A stretch of 59,966 nt of DNA from a virus (taxonomy: Duplodnaviria > Caudoviricetes): positions 1 through 59,966 of IMG/VR virus record IMGVR_UViG_3300020179_000034. The stretch is one strand, 5' to 3'. Every line of letters starts with the position of its first letter. Position 1 is the first letter of the stretch. The notes below the pieces were generated by a model. The model was not told where the DNA came from and did not search any database. It was given only the letters and a program-made list of their open reading frames with translations. Made by a program: the position numbers and the translations under genes. Positions 56,342-59,966 of this stretch are shown piece after piece.

Positions 56342-59218
56342 ATGGCTAGTACATACAGCACTAATCTGGCGATTGAACTCATCGGTACTGGCGACCAAGC
56401 CGGTACATGGGGCAATACCACTAATACCAACCTTGGAACCCTGATCGAACAGGCGATTTCAGGTTACGTCACCCAAGCCGTTTCCACGGGAACCGATACC
56501 ACGATCACCATCCCGAACGGTGCCACGGGTGTCGCTCGTAACATGTACATCGAACTGACGGGTACAGGTGGGGCTAGTACGAATCTAATCGTTCCGTCCA
56601 ACAAGAAACTTTACTTCATCTTCAACAACAGCACCGGAGCGGTGACGGTGAAGGTGTCCGGTCAAACGGGCGTATCAGTACCACAAGGTAAGAAGATGGT
56701 GCTGACGAGTAACGGCACGGATGTGGTGAATGGCCTTAACTATATCGCTGATTTTGCCTCTAACTCCGCAACCATTACTCACCTGTCAGCGACTTCTGCG
56801 ACGATTACAAACCTTACGCTGACGAGCCTTGTCATCAGCAATCTCAGCATTGCTTCAGCCAACATTACAAATCTTACCGCCACCTCCCTCACCGTCTCCT
56901 CCGGTTCCACCCTAAATGGCGGCGTAGTCATTAACGAGCCGGGAGCAGATGCCGACACTCGCATCGAAGGCGACACCGACGCGAATCTGTTTTTTGCGGA
57001 TGCGTCAACGGATCGGATTGGGGTGGGGACGAATGCGCCACTTAGCAAATTTCAAGTAGCAGGACAGGTTCGCATTTCTGGCGTTTCTACCGGTTCAACA
57101 GCACTTGTGATTCCGGCTGGCGATATTCTTAGTGACGTTTCTTCTGGTGCGTTTGCTATTGGAAACTACGGCGATGCGTCCTCTGAAATGCGGATCAGCA
57201 CTCGCGGGTTTACTACGTTTAGAACCGGCGCGACGGTTGGTACGGATGGCACAGAACAAATGCGCCTCACCTCCACCGGCCTCGGCATCGGGACGAGCAG
57301 TCCTGTTGGAAAAGTACACGCCGTAGCCAGTACTGCTGGCACAACCTCGCTTTTTGAAAGAAGCACCGCATCCACGGCGGTTCCTGTTTTTGCCTCACGC
57401 TCGCTTGCAACGTCTTCTGGGGACATGGCTGATGGCTTCGGCCCTACTCACGCATTTGCAATTCAAGATGGCGCAGCGGTTATCAACCCCATTAGCGAAA
57501 TTGGCGCAGTGCGCGAAGGCGCGGATAACAGTGGTGCTTTGGTATTTAGAACTTATTCTGCTGGAACCGCAACGACACAGATGCGCCTCGACTCCTCTGG
57601 GAATTTGATTGTCGGTGGAACATCTGCACCGCTATCTGCGGCAAGTAGAGGCAATGTCACAATCAATGGCTCTAGCACAGCCATTATGAACCTGACTATT
57701 GGTGGCACAAACAAGGGTTATATCTTCCATGACGATTCCGCAATGGAAGTCTGGAACGCAGATAACTCTGACATGAAATTTGCCACCAACAACACCGAAC
57801 GCGCACGCATCACGAGTGGGGGGGATTTTGGGATTGGCACGAGTACGCCGGGGACAAAACTCCACGTCACCGGCAGCAACGGGTTTTTTGTTCAGTTCCT
57901 CAACTCGACTAATAACACTGGTGAAGGTATAGCCTTTGGATCTGGCACCAACCTTGGACGCATATCTTCCAACGGCGCAAGTACTGCGCTGACGCTTGAG
58001 ACCAACGGCTCCGAACGCGCACGCATCACGAGTGGGGGGAATTTTGGGATAGGCGATACCGGCCCATCTTCAAAACTCCAAGTCGCTGGTGACATCCGTA
58101 TATCTGGAGCAGGGTCTAGTATTGACGGATACGATGGAGGCTTTCTTGATTACTCCTCAAGTGCATTGAGGATTAGAGGACAAAACTCTACAGGCGGAGT
58201 CATAACATTTATGACCTCTGCAAATGGCGCAGGAAATATTTCCACCGAACGCGCACGCATCACGAGTGATGGGAATTTGGGGGTGGGGACGACGAGTCCG
58301 CAGGCACGACTGATGGTTGGTGGGTCTGCCGATTTTCCGGTTCTCAAGATTTCTCGGTCCGATGCTAGTTACAATAGCGGAATCCTGTCGCTAGGTGATG
58401 GCAATGGCACCACGAATAACGTTGGCATATGGCGCGGTGCGGCAAACAGCGTCTCGTCTGGTGGCAATGTGATGAACGTCGGCGGCTATGATGGCATCGT
58501 GTTTACCGCCGGCAATGCTGCACTTGGCTCACAAACCGAACGCGCACGCATCACGAGTGGGGGGAATTTTCTAGTTCAAAAAACAACGTCAAATAACACC
58601 GACACAGGAATAAACTGGATTCCTAACGATTATCTTGTTGTTACCAATAATGCAACTAGTTCGGGTGATAGAGTTTTGATGGTGAATCGTCAGAACTCAG
58701 ATGGCACTTTGGTAGAGTTTCGCCAAGAAAATGTCAACGAAGGCACCATCTCTGTTAGCGGTAGTACTGTTTCCTACAACGGCGGTCACTTATCACGCTG
58801 GTCGCAATTCTCAGACGGTAGCCACCCCGATTTAGTCAAAGGCACCGTGATGACCAACCTTGACCAGATGGCGGTGTGGATTAATCCAGAGACGGGCGAA
58901 CCCGAAGAAAACGAACAGTTGAACTGCATGAAGGTGTCGGATGTTGAAGGCGATCCGAACGTCGCAGGTGTGTTCGTAAATTGGGACGGCGAAAGCGATC
59001 TAAACATCGCCATGACGGGCGACATGATTATCCGTATCGCTCAAGGCGTGGTGGTTCAGCGCGGTGACTTGCTGATGTCGGCGGGTGACGGTACTGCCAA
59101 GCCGCAGGGTGATGATATTCGCCGCAGCAAAACCGTTGCCAAAGTCACATCAAACCATGTCACTTGCACCTACGAGGATGGCTCTTACTGCGTCCCATGC
59201 GTGTTGATGGCGTGTTAA
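56342..59218 (+). CDS. Tail fibre/receptor-binding protein
   Basis: Anchor N-terminus (G...GTWG..TN.N), repeated ERARITSGGN-GIGTxxP modules, C-terminal chaperone-like domain. Confidence 0.85.
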   Translation: MASTYSTNLAIELIGTGDQAGTWGNTTNTNLGTLIEQAISGYVTQAVSTGTDTTITIPNGATGVARNMYIELTGTGGASTNLIVPSNKKLYFIFNNSTGAVTVKVSGQTGVSVPQGKKMVLTSNGTDVVNGLNYIADFASNSATITHLSATSATITNLTLTSLVISNLSIASANITNLTATSLTVSSGSTLNGGVVINEPGADADTRIEGDTDANLFFADASTDRIGVGTNAPLSKFQVAGQVRISGVSTGSTALVIPAGDILSDVSSGAFAIGNYGDASSEMRISTRGFTTFRTGATVGTDGTEQMRLTSTGLGIGTSSPVGKVHAVASTAGTTSLFERSTASTAVPVFASRSLATSSGDMADGFGPTHAFAIQDGAAVINPISEIGAVREGADNSGALVFRTYSAGTATTQMRLDSSGNLIVGGTSAPLSAASRGNVTINGSSTAIMNLTIGGTNKGYIFHDDSAMEVWNADNSDMKFATNNTERARITSGGDFGIGTSTPGTKLHVTGSNGFFVQFLNSTNNTGEGIAFGSGTNLGRISSNGASTALTLETNGSERARITSGGNFGIGDTGPSSKLQVAGDIRISGAGSSIDGYDGGFLDYSSSALRIRGQNSTGGVITFMTSANGAGNISTERARITSDGNLGVGTTSPQARLMVGGSADFPVLKISRSDASYNSGILSLGDGNGTTNNVGIWRGAANSVSSGGNVMNVGGYDGIVFTAGNAALGSQTERARITSGGNFLVQKTTSNNTDTGINWIPNDYLVVTNNATSSGDRVLMVNRQNSDGTLVEFRQENVNEGTISVSGSTVSYNGGHLSRWSQFSDGSHPDLVKGTVMTNLDQMAVWINPETGEPEENEQLNCMKVSDVEGDPNVAGVFVNWDGESDLNIAMTGDMIIRIAQGVVVQRGDLLMSAGDGTAKPQGDDIRRSKTVAKVTSNHVTCTYEDGSYCVPCVLMAC
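57795..58559 (+). repeat. Four exact 24-nt repeats CCGAACGCGCACGCATCACGAGTG in the tail fibre gene
   Basis: Start at 57795, 58011, 58245 and 58536. Confidence 0.95.
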
Positions 59219-59230
59219 TTAGGAGCAACC

Positions 59231-59392
59231 ATGTCTGACGTTGAACTGAAACTATCGCTTGAAGAAGCCGTCGCCATCGTGAACTTGATCGGGTCACTCC
59301 CGACGAGCCAAGGCGCGTGGCCGCTGTTTGAAAAACTCAAGGCGCAAGTTGAACCGCACTTGCCCAAATCTGAAGAGGTATCTAAACAATGA
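59231..59392 (+). CDS. Variant copy of the 80..241 protein
   Basis: One amino-acid change (T to V); other differences synonymous. Confidence 0.8.
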   Translation: MSDVELKLSLEEAVAIVNLIGSLPTSQGAWPLFEKLKAQVEPHLPKSEEVSKQ

Positions 59393-59709
59393 GTACGGTA
59401 ATTACTTGGTCTGTCACCGCGATGGACTGCTACCCCGAAGCCGACAACCATCAAGACGTTGTGTTCAATTGTCATTGGACTTGCGCTGGCGTGGACGGCG
59501 ACTATTCGGGCAGCGTCTATAGCACTTGCTCTGTCCCCGCTCCGAGCGGTTCGTTTACGCCGTATGCGTCCCTCACGCAAAACCAAGTCCTCGGCTGGAT
59601 TTGGGCGAATGGCGTGGACAAGGACAGCGCAGAGGCAGCGGTTGAGCAGCAGATCGCCAATGCCAAGAACCCTCCGGTAGTCACGCCGCCGTTGCCTTGG
59701 GTTGCGTAA
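59389..59709 (+). CDS. Variant copy of the 238..558 protein
   Basis: 106 aa with a few substitutions. Confidence 0.8.
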   Translation: MSTVITWSVTAMDCYPEADNHQDVVFNCHWTCAGVDGDYSGSVYSTCSVPAPSGSFTPYASLTQNQVLGWIWANGVDKDSAEAAVEQQIANAKNPPVVTPPLPWVA

Positions 59710-59966
59710 TGACCGCCAACACCGTCTTCTTGCTGATCTTCGTAGTGCTTCAGGTGCTAGACATCTGGACGACGTTGACAGCACTCAAGATGGGACACCG
59801 GGAAATGAACCCGGTGCTGGCAAAAGCGTTTGAATATGCCGAGCCGCTGGTAGTCATGGTCATCATCAAGTTAGCCGGGGTCTGGGCTTTGTGGTGGGCA
59901 GATATGTACTGGCTGACGGGGTTGATGTGCGCGGCGTATCTGTGGGTAGTGAATAACAACTTGGAT
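59709..59966 (+). CDS. Variant copy of the DUF5658-like membrane protein (3' partial)
   Basis: Runs off the window end. Confidence 0.7.
   Translation, partial: MTANTVFLLIFVVLQVLDIWTTLTALKMGHREMNPVLAKAFEYAEPLVVMVIIKLAGVWALWWADMYWLTGLMCAAYLWVVNNNLD

Larger units (their letters stand above)
59152..59966. repeat. Terminal direct repeat, copy 2 (variant)
   Basis: See 1..815. Confidence 0.97.

Noticed and set aside
57795-58559. CRISPR array from the 24-nt repeats
   Set aside because: The intervening sequences are 190-270 bp, in frame and protein coding, and there is no cas operon.
59152-59966. True physical terminal repeat (T7-like)
   Set aside because: Such repeats are regenerated each cycle and should be identical. 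These differ by about 5% and begin inside a gene.
1-59966. Integrase, tRNA genes, RNA polymerase, stop-codon reassignment
   Set aside because: No such motifs or cloverleafs were noticed by eye, and core genes are intact under the standard code using all three stops. A tRNAscan/HMM run would be needed to exclude them fully.

Overview
The window appears to be one complete, circularly permuted tailed-phage (Caudoviricetes, podovirus-like) genome of about 59,151 bp. Its first 815 bp recur at the end as a ~95% identical variant copy, most likely a two-strain assembly bubble. The + strand arm (41.5-59.2 kb, continuing through 1-16.8 kb) holds the late genes: terminases, portal, phage GroES, scaffold, Mu-gpT-like major capsid protein, a block of small basic proteins, adaptors, a modular tail fibre, holin, an M15 endolysin, a nozzle-like protein, putative ejection proteins and a 1929-aa polyvalent protein. 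The - strand arm (41.1 to 16.8 kb) holds early and replication genes: small ORFs, a MoxR-like AAA/VWA-metallopeptidase module, VRR-NUC, DUF3310, a ParB-like protein, a methyltransferase plus two glycosyltransferases, a family A DNA polymerase (Leu762 type), an exonuclease, HNH, an SNF2 helicase, an SSB-like protein and a primase-helicase. I saw no integrase, tRNA, rRNA or CRISPR array. The best leads are: (1) exact 24-nt DNA junctions separating divergent tail-fibre modules; (2) a shared hydrophobic-x-x-GG motif across six virion-arm proteins; (3) ten copies of a matS-like palindrome, CTGACNNNGTCAG, which I found only in the early arm; (4) three candidate structured RNAs; (5) a methyltransferase/glycosyltransferase cluster beside the polymerase. 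All family calls come from motif recognition by eye; no database searches were run.
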